Source: an uncultured Bacillales bacterium (GTDB lineage Bacteria; Bacillota_I; Bacilli_A; RFN20; CAG-826). Taken from it: a stretch of 64,000 nucleotides of DNA. The stretch is taken from assembly GCA_902464635.1 (NCBI GenBank), contig CABQKC010000007.1, positions 5,772-69,771 on the forward strand, read 5' to 3'. Position numbers and translations under genes: made by a program. Every line of letters begins with the position of its first letter. Position 1 is the first letter of the stretch. Under the pieces are notes generated by a model. That model had not been told where the DNA came from and made no database searches. It saw only the letters and a program-made list of their open reading frames with translations. This document shows, piece after piece, positions 8,031-16,917 of this stretch.

Positions 8031-9478
8031 TATTTAATCTCGCAGATAGAAGGATCGGCCATGGAATTAGAAACTGCATCCTTAATTGTAGTTTCTTTTG
8101 ATTCATGCCCATATTTATCAACGCTAGCGGCATCTCTAACTTCGTGGGTAAGACAAGATGGGCCACCAATACATCCACCAGGACAAGCCATACCTTCAAT
8201 GAAATTGCCTTGTAATCTACCCATCTTGGCTTGGGTAAGGGCAATCTTGCATTGATCGAGTCCACTACAGGCAACTGGTTTGACTTCAAAGTCGATATTT
8301 TGTTCTTTTAAGGCTTCCTTGACGGCATCGCTAAGTCCGCCACATCTAGCAAATATCCTGCCAAAATAAGAAGCATTGTCTAATGGCTTTTCTTCTAAAG
8401 CGGTCAAGTCGACATTAAGGGCATCTAGAAGAGCCTGCAATTCTTCAAAAGTAATGACACAATCGATATATGGGGAACTCTCTTCCCTAAACATTTCCAT
8501 CTTTTTGGCAATGCAAGGTCCGACAAATACAGTTTTGGCGGTAGGATCAGTTTGCTTGATATATTTAGCAATGGCAGCCATTGGGGATAAGTTTTTGCTA
8601 ACCTTTCCCTTTAATTCAGGGAAGCTAGTCTCGACATATCTAACAAAAGCTGGGCAGCAACTAGAGGTGCAGAATTTTTCTTCTGCTAAATCCTTAGCCT
8701 CGTTAAGTGCAACCATATCAGCACCCAAGGCAGCTTCGATAACATCGGTAAAGCCGATTTTCTTTATCCCAGTTACTACTTGTCCTAATTTAGCATAATG
8801 GAATTGGCTTGAAATTGATGGAGCGACAATCATATAGGCCTTATAATTCTTGCCGTTTTCTGCCCCTTTCATTATATCGATGCACTTAGTGATATAACTT
8901 TTGTCCATAATCGCACCGAATGGGCAAGAATATGAGCATTGCCCGCATCTAGTGCATTTAGATTCATCGATTTCAGTGATGCCATCTTCCCTAGGGTGGA
9001 TTGCATTGATCTTACATGCAGCTTCGCATGGCCTTTTCTTGTTGATAATGGCACCAAACGGGCAGGCTTTTGCACAAAGTCCGCAGTTAACGCATTTGGT
9101 TTTATCAATCCTAGCCCTTAAATCATCGCCGAAAGAAATTGCATTACGATGGCAATTCTGGGCACATCTATGGGCTAAACAACCCCTACACATATCAGTA
9201 ACAGTAATCCCGCCGAATGGGCATTCATCGCAAGCGGCCTCTATTACTTCTAATAGGTTTGGATTGGCCTTGTCTCCACCAAGGGCAAGCTTGATTCTAT
9301 CTTCTACAATTGCCCTTTCCCTATAGACACAACATCTCATCGTGGCTTTTGGGCCAGGAGAAATAACCTTTGGGATATCATGGATATTTTCATCTAATGT
9401 CCCATTATAGTAATTAAGCGCGACTTCTTTTAAGACCTTGTATTTAAGTTCTTGTACCAAAGTGTCAAATTTATTCAT
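8030..9478 (-). CDS. [FeFe] hydrogenase, monomeric group-B-like, with ferredoxin-type clusters
   Basis: H-cluster motifs are present: 'TSSCCPAF' (L1), 'VGPCIAKKME' (L2) and 'EGMACPGGCIGGP' (L3). Upstream cluster motifs are 'CRGCLAHRCAQNC', 'CVNCGLCAKACP' and 'CTRCGQCSYSCP'. A GGAGAAGG RBS is present. Confidence 0.85.
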   Translation of the reverse strand: MNKFDTLVQELKYKVLKEVALNYYNGTLDENIHDIPKVISPGPKATMRCCVYRERAIVEDRIKLALGGDKANPNLLEVIEAACDECPFGGITVTDMCRGCLAHRCAQNCHRNAISFGDDLRARIDKTKCVNCGLCAKACPFGAIINKKRPCEAACKINAIHPREDGITEIDESKCTRCGQCSYSCPFGAIMDKSYITKCIDIMKGAENGKNYKAYMIVAPSISSQFHYAKLGQVVTGIKKIGFTDVIEAALGADMVALNEAKDLAEEKFCTSSCCPAFVRYVETSFPELKGKVSKNLSPMAAIAKYIKQTDPTAKTVFVGPCIAKKMEMFREESSPYIDCVITFEELQALLDALNVDLTALEEKPLDNASYFGRIFARCGGLSDAVKEALKEQNIDFEVKPVACSGLDQCKIALTQAKMGRLQGNFIEGMACPGGCIGGPSCLTHEVRDAASVDKYGHESKETTIKDAVSNSMADPSICEIK

Positions 9479-9489
9479 TTTCCTTCTCC

Positions 9490-10668
9490 CTAGAAATACC
9501 TTACTTCGATATGTTTTCCTAATTCTTTTAGTTTCAAGGCTAGGTTATCGATTATCTGCATCTTCATCTTGAAGGAGATATGATACCTTTCGTCTTGGTG
9601 GGCTGGGTTAACGGCACATCCGACATAGAATTTGATGTCGGTGGCCTCTTCTAGAAGCAATCTAGCAATCCTAGATGCCCCATCTTCTTTATAAGACCAA
9701 TCAAAATAGCATTTGTTCTTATCTTGATAGTCTTTAGCGTAGAACAATACCTTGTTCAGGGTAATTATACCCTCTGTTGCAAGATCTATCCCATCAATAT
9801 GTGAAATTGGTGGAATTTCTTCATCGATATAATCAAGACCGCCCCTAACATCGGTATGAAGATATCTAGCAACAATCGAACAAGTAGTGCCGCCACATAC
9901 AATATGGGGATTATCATCATTTAGGAAAGTCGATAACATCATTTCATCATCGTCCTTATTCGTGGCTGGTCCGACTAATAATGATACTTTCTTCCTTTCT
10001 CTTCTTCTTACTACTAAAGAAGAAGTGTCATCCCCCGGACGACGATTATAGAGCAAATCGCAATGGTCTACTAGGATAGAAGCGAGGTTTTTGGCTGAAA
10101 TTGAGGGTGAATATAGGCTAGTCAGGAATGAAGATATCTCTTCTCTAGTCCAACCAAAGTTTAGCGACTCACCAACCCCAGCATAAACTGCTCCATCAGA
10201 AATAATAGTAAGGCAATCATCTTCCTTAAAATAAAACGATGCCTTCTTGATTATTTTTCCTTCTACTTCAATAGTTTCGTAATTTAGGCGTTTTTCCATT
10301 CCATCGCGAATAAATATCGGTTCAGGGTTATCAAAATTATAGATAACGGCAGAATAATCCTTTTCAATCTTGCAGACTGTGAATGTCGAATAGGCAACAT
10401 TCCCCCTATCTCTAGCAATTGGAAGGGTCTTGACCAAAGTCCTTGCCCCTTCTTCAATAGAAAGACCACCTTCAATCATCCTTGATAACATTGATGAAGT
10501 TAATGTTGATAAAATGGAGGCGACGACCCCTGAACCAAGTCCATCAGCCAAAACTAAAGTAGTCGATCCATCTTCCCCGACTGTTGTCTGGATATGATCG
10601 CCACAAAGTTCCTCTCCCTTATGGTTAATGGAGAGATAGCCATATTCTAGTTCGGTATTACTTTCCAT
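9490..10668 (-). CDS. SpoIIE/PP2C-family serine phosphatase
   Basis: 392 aa with PP2C-like motifs 'GEELCGDH', 'LVLADGLGSGVVAS' and 'IISDGAVYAG'. The start overlaps the hydS stop by 11 nt. Confidence 0.75.
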   Translation of the reverse strand: MESNTELEYGYLSINHKGEELCGDHIQTTVGEDGSTTLVLADGLGSGVVASILSTLTSSMLSRMIEGGLSIEEGARTLVKTLPIARDRGNVAYSTFTVCKIEKDYSAVIYNFDNPEPIFIRDGMEKRLNYETIEVEGKIIKKASFYFKEDDCLTIISDGAVYAGVGESLNFGWTREEISSFLTSLYSPSISAKNLASILVDHCDLLYNRRPGDDTSSLVVRRRERKKVSLLVGPATNKDDDEMMLSTFLNDDNPHIVCGGTTCSIVARYLHTDVRGGLDYIDEEIPPISHIDGIDLATEGIITLNKVLFYAKDYQDKNKCYFDWSYKEDGASRIARLLLEEATDIKFYVGCAVNPAHQDERYHISFKMKMQIIDNLALKLKELGKHIEVRYF

Positions 10669-12331
10669 CTTCTTTATCGATAGTCTTTGCTAAATTTGTA
10701 AGGGCAATTTTGGTGTTGGCAGCCGATTCGCCTAGTAACTGGGCAATTTCTTGGACCGCCTTCATATTCTTTTCGATGACTTCCCTAGTTATCTTTTCTG
10801 TTTGTTTTGCATCATTTAGCCTACGTTCATGTTCAAGGTGAGTCTGGGTACGGTCCCTAAATATCCCCATGACCGATTTATATTTAGAATCATAAGAAAT
10901 AGAAGCCTCGACGAAGAGATTATATTTCTCCAATGTGATATGGGCACATCTAGTTGGGACATTCCCCAAAGCCAAAGCGAATAATTCACTTGGCAAGATA
11001 GTATCGATACTTTTCCCGATGACATCGCTAGATTTGATGTTTAGTAACGTACATAATGAAGGATTTACCAACTGGATATCTAGATTTTCATCAGTAACGA
11101 CAATCCCATTTGGAGTATTCTCGATTATATCTTCATTAAAAGATTTGGCCTTTTCCATAAGGAAAGGAAGGCACATTTCTAGATTAGCCTTGCCCATTAA
11201 GACAGCTTTCGCCTTTTCTTTGCAGGTAGGATAGCCGCAAGAAGCACAGTTTAGTTCATCCTTTTTGGTATATTTGCCTAATTTAAATAGGACTTCTTGG
11301 ATTTGGGATTCGCTAAAATTAGCCTCAGGAAGTGAGATAGGAGTAAATTTCTTCGCTAGCTCTTCCTTTTTATATTCACTAGTCTTGAAATCAAGCTTCC
11401 CGGCACTAGATTTAATTTCCAATATAGAAGATACTAAAGCCTTCTTGTCTTTTTCAATAGCAGGTCCATTGATGCAGCTACCTTCACAGCTAGACATCTC
11501 GATAAAACAATTATGGACGTCACCTTTAGCAATGTTTTCAAGTACTTCTATACATTCATCCATACCAGAAAAAGATAGATATTGCCTACTTGGAGAAGAT
11601 TTCTCCATCGTATTTAGTATCCCTCCTTCAATTGGGAATAACCTAGCTTTTGAATGTTCTTGCTTAGTTGCCTCTTTTGCCTCTACTTTTATATTATTAG
11701 ATGCGAATAATTCATCTAATTCAAGGAAAGTAAGGACGCAATCAGGGTTTTTATATCTATCGGCTTCATCTTTTTTTGCAATGCAAGGACCAATAAATAT
11801 TACCTTTGCATCAGGATACCTTTTCTTGATATCAAAAGAATGGGCTTGCATTGGAGACAAAAATGGAGCCAAACAATTAGATAAGGATGGGTAATGTTTT
11901 TCGATTAATAAATTAATGCTATGGCAGCAAGTAGAGATAATTACATCATGGCTTGGATCTAAACAATATTCGTCATATTGCTTCTTTATAATCGTGGCCC
12001 CGATAGCAGTTTCTTCTGCATCAATAAAGCCTAGTTCCAGCAAGGCCTTCTTTAAACTTTCAAAAGAAACCCCATGGTAAGAAGAACTAAATGAAGGGGC
12101 AATTGAAGCAATGCATTTGTTGTTTTTAATTAAATCGAGGGCCTTTTGCTTATCATCCCTAATTACTTTGCAAGATTGGGGGCAAATAGAAAAACACCTC
12201 CCGCAAAGAACACATTCATCAAAAATGATGGAAGCTTGCCCATCGTGGAACGAAATTGATTTGGTTGGGCAGTGTCTAATACATTTATAACAGCTGCGGC
12301 AATCGTTTTCTCTACTTGTTAATACATGCAT
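10658..12331 (-). CDS. hydS: Sensory (group C type) [FeFe] hydrogenase with C-terminal PAS domain
   Basis: Two ferredoxin motifs 'CRSCYKCIRHCP' and 'CVLCGRCFSICP'. Divergent H-domain motifs 'STCCHS', 'IGPCIAKKDE' and 'EMSSCEGSCINGP'. An extra four-Cys motif 'CASCGYPTCKEKAKAVLMGKANLEMC'. A PAS-like C-terminus 'NGIVVTDENLDIQLVNPSLCTLLNIKSSDVIGKSI'. Confidence 0.8.
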   Translation of the reverse strand: MHVLTSRENDCRSCYKCIRHCPTKSISFHDGQASIIFDECVLCGRCFSICPQSCKVIRDDKQKALDLIKNNKCIASIAPSFSSSYHGVSFESLKKALLELGFIDAEETAIGATIIKKQYDEYCLDPSHDVIISTCCHSINLLIEKHYPSLSNCLAPFLSPMQAHSFDIKKRYPDAKVIFIGPCIAKKDEADRYKNPDCVLTFLELDELFASNNIKVEAKEATKQEHSKARLFPIEGGILNTMEKSSPSRQYLSFSGMDECIEVLENIAKGDVHNCFIEMSSCEGSCINGPAIEKDKKALVSSILEIKSSAGKLDFKTSEYKKEELAKKFTPISLPEANFSESQIQEVLFKLGKYTKKDELNCASCGYPTCKEKAKAVLMGKANLEMCLPFLMEKAKSFNEDIIENTPNGIVVTDENLDIQLVNPSLCTLLNIKSSDVIGKSIDTILPSELFALALGNVPTRCAHITLEKYNLFVEASISYDSKYKSVMGIFRDRTQTHLEHERRLNDAKQTEKITREVIEKNMKAVQEIAQLLGESAANTKIALTNLAKTIDKEDGK

Positions 12332-12339
12332 AAATTCAC

Positions 12340-12377
12340 CTAGAAAGAAAATAAGGCAGCGAATAAATTCGCCACCT
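12340..12377 (-). terminator. Intra-operon hairpin plus T-rich tract (possible attenuator between the ferredoxin gene and hydS)
   Basis: Minus strand reads GGTGGCGAA-TTTA-TTCGCTGCC followed by TTATTTTCTTTC. This is the only gap longer than 12 nt inside the rex-to-195aa gene string. Confidence 0.35.
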
Positions 12378-12383
12378 TATTAA

Positions 12384-12641
12384 TTATTTAGTTAATGGGA
12401 CGATAGTATCCTCGAACAAAGATGCAACTTTATCTTTGGTAATGCCAGTGATGATTTCTCCGTTAATTTTAAACGTGACTCCATCATGACCGCATTGGCC
12501 TAGACAAAACGCAGCCTTCAATTCAACTTTATCGTTAAGCCCGAAACGCATTATTTGGTTTCTAGCTTCTTCAATTACATCGCGAGATCCCTTTAAATGG
12601 CAAGAACTTCCGACGCAGATAGAAACTTCGACTTTTTCCAT
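12384..12641 (-). CDS. Thioredoxin-like [2Fe-2S] ferredoxin (NuoE/HydC-type small protein)
   Basis: 85 aa with 'CVGSSCHLKGS' and 'CLGQCGHDG' cysteine pairs. The ATG overlaps the adhE stop by 1 nt. Confidence 0.7.
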   Translation of the reverse strand: MEKVEVSICVGSSCHLKGSRDVIEEARNQIMRFGLNDKVELKAAFCLGQCGHDGVTFKINGEIITGITKDKVASLFEDTIVPLTK

Positions 12642-15280
12642 TAATTACCTTTATAGGCATCCTTCATGATTTGGATCATGTCCTCGACAAGGGGTTCCCT
12701 TGGGTTGGCTGGGGTGCATTGATCCTCATAGGCAAGGTATCCTATTTCCTCCAATTTAGAATTATACACTTCTTCATCAGGGATTAGGGAGGCAAAATTC
12801 ATATCGATGCCAATTTCCTTACCTAAATCCATAACAGCCTTAGACAAAACTAATGTAGCTTCTTCTGGGGTAGAGGCCTTTAAGCCAAGGGTACGGCAGA
12901 TTTCAAGGTACTTCTGGTCGCATTGATATTCTTCATATTTTGGCCAGACGGAGAGTTTTGTTGGTTGGGTACCGTTATATTTAATGACATGTGGAAGCAA
13001 GATTGCGCAGGTCTGCCCATGGATTGTATGGAATTCAGCACCCATCTTATGGGCAATAGAGTGAGTTATTCCAAGGAAAGCATTAGCGAATGCCATACCA
13101 GCTATAGTAGCGGCATTATGCATCTTTTCCCTAGCCTTTAAGTCATGTCTACCATCTTTGACTGCACGTGGGAGATAGGTAAATACAAGCTTAATGGCTT
13201 CTAGAGCCAATCCATCGGTATAATCACTAGCCATGACAGAAGTATAGGCTTCGATAGCGTGGGTAAGGACATCCATACCGGTGTAGGCAGTAGATTTAGC
13301 TGGGATGTTAGTTGTAAATTCCGGGTCAACTATAGCAATGCTTGGGGTAAGAGAATAGTCAGTCAATGGATATTTCTTGAGGTTCTTCTTATCTGAGATA
13401 ACGGCAAATGGAGTGACTTCTGATCCAGTTCCGGAAGTTGTTGGGATGCAGATGAGTTTGCTCTTTCTTCCAAGTTCAGGATATTTGAAGGCTCTCTTTC
13501 TGATATCCATGAATTTTTGCTTCAAGTCATCGAAATTGACTTCTGGATGTTCATAGAATATCCACATACCTTTAGCAGCATCCATGGCACTACCACCACC
13601 AAGGGCGATAATGGTATCAGGGGCAAATTGCTTCATTAATTCGACACCACGTCTAACAGTTGTGATGTCTGGATCTGGTTCGACTTCGGCGAATAGTTGA
13701 TAGGTAACTGGGTTTCTTCTTTGGTTCAATTCATCGATGATCTTGTTTAAGAAGCCAAGTTCAACCATGGAGTGGTCGGTGACAATGAATACCTTGCCGA
13801 CATCTTTAGCAGAACGGAGGTATTGGATGGAATTACGTTCAAAATAGATCTTTTGTGGTACTTTAAACCATTGCATGGTGTTTCTCCTTTTTCCTACGCG
13901 CTTGATGTTAAGCAAATTGATGGCACTTACGTTACCAGCAACAGAGTTATGGCCATAAGAACCGCAGCCTAGTGTCAATGAAGGTAAGAAGGAGTTATAG
14001 ACATTACCAATTCCACCGAAGGTAGATGGGGAATTCCAGATGATACGGATGGCTTTGACTTTATCGCCAAAGGCATCAGACATAGCTTGTTCTTTGCAGT
14101 GAATCGCAGCAGAATGTCCTAATCCACCGAATTCAAGCATCTTTTCGCACATTTCAAATCCTTCGTTATAGTCTTTGACTTTATAGACGGATAAGACTGG
14201 TGAGAGTTTTTCTCTAGACATAGGCTCAGAAACACCTACTTCAGAGCAATTGACGGCAATTATTTGGCAAGTGGCTGGGATTTCAAATCCGGCATTCTTA
14301 GCAATGTTATAAGCAGACATGCCAGCGACATCGGCATTAAGTCTAGCTTGATCGACATTAGCATCTCCCTTATTGACGCCGAACATGTATTTCTCTAGCA
14401 TCCTCTTTTCTTCTTTAGAAGCAAAATAGACGCGGTATTTCTTAAACATTTCGACTGTTTCTTTATAGATTGGTTCATCAATAAAGACAGCGGATTCGGA
14501 AGCACAGATCATGCCGTTATCAAATGATTTGGATAAGACAACGTCATTGACAGTTTCTGGGATATCGGCACTTCTATCGATATAGCAAGGGACATTGCCA
14601 GCCCCGACACCTAAAGCAGGTTTGCCGCAGCTATAAGCGGCCTTGACCATGGCATTACCGCCAGTTGCAAGAATAGTAGCAACTCCTGGGTGGTTCATTA
14701 AGGCGCTAGTGGCATCCATTGAAGGATGTTCAATCCATTGGATGCAGTTTTCTGGAGCGCCAGCTGCAATAGCGGCATCTCTCATGACAATGGCAGCAGC
14801 CTTGGAGCATTCTTGTGCCTTTGGATGGAAACCAAAGATTATCGGGTTTCTAGTCTTGATGGCAATAAGAGATTTGAAGATTACTGTTGAAGTTGGGTTA
14901 GTAACTGGGGTGACGCCACAGATGACACCAACTGGTTCAGCAATTTCGGTAATACCGGTGACTGGGTCATCTTTGATGATTCCTACAGTCTTGAGGTGAC
15001 GCATGTTATTAACGATATATTCGCAGGCAAACAAATTCTTGGTAGCCTTGTCTTCGAAGACGCCTCTATGGGTTTCTTCGATAGCTTTACGGGCTAAGAT
15101 ACCGTGGTGATCAAGTCCGGCAACAGACATCTTAGCGACGATATAATCAATCTTTTCTTGATCATAGGAAGCGAAATCGTCCAAGGCTTTCAAGCCTTTC
15201 TTGACTAATTCATCAACTTCCTTGATAGCGGCTTGTTTAGCTTCTTCTGGTGAAAGTTTAGTTTCTTTAATGGTAGCCAT
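12641..15280 (-). CDS. adhE: Bifunctional acetaldehyde-CoA/alcohol dehydrogenase
   Basis: 879 aa. The N-terminal ALDH domain carries 'FDNGMICASE'. The C-terminal iron-ADH domain carries 'ALGGGSAMDAAK' and 'HSIAHKMGAEFHTIHG'. A strong GGAGG RBS is present. Confidence 0.95.
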   Translation of the reverse strand: MATIKETKLSPEEAKQAAIKEVDELVKKGLKALDDFASYDQEKIDYIVAKMSVAGLDHHGILARKAIEETHRGVFEDKATKNLFACEYIVNNMRHLKTVGIIKDDPVTGITEIAEPVGVICGVTPVTNPTSTVIFKSLIAIKTRNPIIFGFHPKAQECSKAAAIVMRDAAIAAGAPENCIQWIEHPSMDATSALMNHPGVATILATGGNAMVKAAYSCGKPALGVGAGNVPCYIDRSADIPETVNDVVLSKSFDNGMICASESAVFIDEPIYKETVEMFKKYRVYFASKEEKRMLEKYMFGVNKGDANVDQARLNADVAGMSAYNIAKNAGFEIPATCQIIAVNCSEVGVSEPMSREKLSPVLSVYKVKDYNEGFEMCEKMLEFGGLGHSAAIHCKEQAMSDAFGDKVKAIRIIWNSPSTFGGIGNVYNSFLPSLTLGCGSYGHNSVAGNVSAINLLNIKRVGKRRNTMQWFKVPQKIYFERNSIQYLRSAKDVGKVFIVTDHSMVELGFLNKIIDELNQRRNPVTYQLFAEVEPDPDITTVRRGVELMKQFAPDTIIALGGGSAMDAAKGMWIFYEHPEVNFDDLKQKFMDIRKRAFKYPELGRKSKLICIPTTSGTGSEVTPFAVISDKKNLKKYPLTDYSLTPSIAIVDPEFTTNIPAKSTAYTGMDVLTHAIEAYTSVMASDYTDGLALEAIKLVFTYLPRAVKDGRHDLKAREKMHNAATIAGMAFANAFLGITHSIAHKMGAEFHTIHGQTCAILLPHVIKYNGTQPTKLSVWPKYEEYQCDQKYLEICRTLGLKASTPEEATLVLSKAVMDLGKEIGIDMNFASLIPDEEVYNSKLEEIGYLAYEDQCTPANPREPLVEDMIQIMKDAYKGN

Positions 15281-15924
15281 TATTTTTCCTCCTGTTTGGC
15301 TAAAGCGATGTTGAGTCTATGAGACAAAACGGCAAGAGATGAGGCAAGATTAACATTCTCAACAACAATGTTACTTGGGACATCTAGATGTGTTGGGGCA
15401 AAGTTCCATAAAGCCTTGGCACCACTAGAGATGGCAAGGTCGCAAACTTCCTGGGCCACGCTAGCTGGAACAGTAATGATTGCAATATGGGCATTTAGCC
15501 TTGGCAACATGGTCTTGAGTTCATTAAGAGAGAAGATGCGCTTTCCTCCGATACTAGTTCCTACTAGGCTAGTATTCGTATCGAACCCAGCTAGTATCTC
15601 TAACCCCATTTGCTTGAAGGAAGGGAAATTTAGAAGGGCTTGGCCAAGATGACCAACTCCAATTACTACAGCTGAAGTAGAATCTCTATAGCCTAGGAAA
15701 GTCTCTATGTCTTCGATAAGTTGCTTTAGTGACCTACCTTTTTTAGGACGTCCTGGTTCTAGCGAGACATTTTGGAGATCCTTCCTTACTTGTTCCTCGC
15801 TATAGCCAAGTTTGGCGGCAATGCGGGGGGAAGAAACGGTCTCCACTCCTTCATCGGATAATTCCTTGAAGTATTTCAGGTAGATTGGATACCTGCCTAG
15901 TTGATTCATGGAGAATGTTTTCAT
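15280..15924 (-). CDS. rex: Redox-sensing transcriptional repressor Rex
   Basis: 214 aa. The winged-helix N-terminus reads 'RYPIYLKYFKELSDEGVETVSSPRIAAKLG'. The Rossmann motif 'VIGVGHLGQALL' is present. The stop overlaps the adhE start by 1 nt. Confidence 0.9.
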   Translation of the reverse strand: MKTFSMNQLGRYPIYLKYFKELSDEGVETVSSPRIAAKLGYSEEQVRKDLQNVSLEPGRPKKGRSLKQLIEDIETFLGYRDSTSAVVIGVGHLGQALLNFPSFKQMGLEILAGFDTNTSLVGTSIGGKRIFSLNELKTMLPRLNAHIAIITVPASVAQEVCDLAISSGAKALWNFAPTHLDVPSNIVVENVNLASSLAVLSHRLNIALAKQEEK

Positions 15925-16014
15925 ATTCTTTTTCTCTCCTTTCTTAACTCTTTCAAGTTACCGATAAAACATTAACGATTTAAAAAACAATTGTAAATAG
16001 TTTAAGTATATTTT

Positions 16015-16030
16015 TACCGATATATCGTTA
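16015..16030. promoter_or_regulatory. Near-perfect 16-bp palindrome TACCGATATATCGTTA (candidate operator) upstream of rex
   Basis: The core CGATATATCG is a perfect 10-bp palindrome. A related half-site, TTACCGATAA, sits at 15958-15967 just downstream of a candidate rex promoter. On the minus strand that promoter has -35 TTTACA at 15992-15997 and -10 TAATGT at 15969-15974 with a 17-nt spacer. Confidence 0.4.
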
Positions 16031-16069
16031 CTGAAACCGCTTTCAAGGTATTTACATAATAAAAAACGG

Positions 16070-16870
16070 CTATAAAGCCATTTCTAGAACCATCATAATT
16101 GCAAAGCCGATCATAAACGACCAAAGCCCATAATGGACATAGTTTCCTTTTCTTGCTTCAGGCAGCAATTCATCGATTGTTACATAAATCATTGCCCCTG
16201 CCGCAATAGCAAGTAAATATGGAAGAGTTACGCCTAGATAAGAAGAAATAAATACGGTCAATAAGCCAAAAATAGGTTCGACTATACCTGAAGCTGCACC
16301 TAATAGGAAGGCTTTTGGCTTAGATACTCCTTCTTCTAATAAAGGTATAGAAACAGCCGCTCCTTCTGGGAAATTTTGGATTGCTATACCTATAGCTAAG
16401 GCTAAAGCAGCCCCGATATGGCTAGCATCATTAGGATTAGCTAATGCCAGCCCACAAGCTAGACCAATTGAAATTCCTTCAGGGATATTATGGATAGTAA
16501 CGGCAAAAAAGAATTTGGCATTCCTAGATAAACTAGATCTCGGTCCTTCTTCTTCATTTGAACTTAAGTGCAAATGAGGGATGAGCTTATCCATTAGATA
16601 AAGGATAAGGCCACCCAATATAAATCCCGTTACAGTAGGGATGAAACTTAAATAAGAAGGCAAGTAACTACTTTTGTTAGCTTCTTCCATTGAAGGTAAA
16701 AGAAGACCAAAGATAGAAGAAGAAATCATAATTCCAGAGGCTAATCCGATTATTATGTTGCCAACCTTATCGGAAAATTTCTTCCTGAAAAAGAAGACCA
16801 AAGCCGAACCAAGTGTAGTTGCGGCGAATATTATTGTTAATGAGAAAATTGAAGTTCCTAAAGCATCCAT
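16070..16870 (-). CDS. ZIP-family divalent metal (zinc) transporter
   Basis: 266-aa membrane ORF with ZIP signature helices 'HNIPEGISIG' and 'QNFPEGAAV'. Confidence 0.85.
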   Translation of the reverse strand: MDALGTSIFSLTIIFAATTLGSALVFFFRKKFSDKVGNIIIGLASGIMISSSIFGLLLPSMEEANKSSYLPSYLSFIPTVTGFILGGLILYLMDKLIPHLHLSSNEEEGPRSSLSRNAKFFFAVTIHNIPEGISIGLACGLALANPNDASHIGAALALAIGIAIQNFPEGAAVSIPLLEEGVSKPKAFLLGAASGIVEPIFGLLTVFISSYLGVTLPYLLAIAAGAMIYVTIDELLPEARKGNYVHYGLWSFMIGFAIMMVLEMAL

Positions 16871-16917
16871 GTTAATAAGGATACTACAAAATATATTATC
16901 TGATTAATTTAAATTAA

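Noticed and set aside
15991-16008. Rex operator candidate TTGTAAATAGTTTAAGTA overlapping the putative rex -35 box.
   Set aside because: The left half resembles the TTGTGAA consensus, but the right half has about 3 mismatches to TTCACAA. It is too degenerate to call without a position weight matrix scan.
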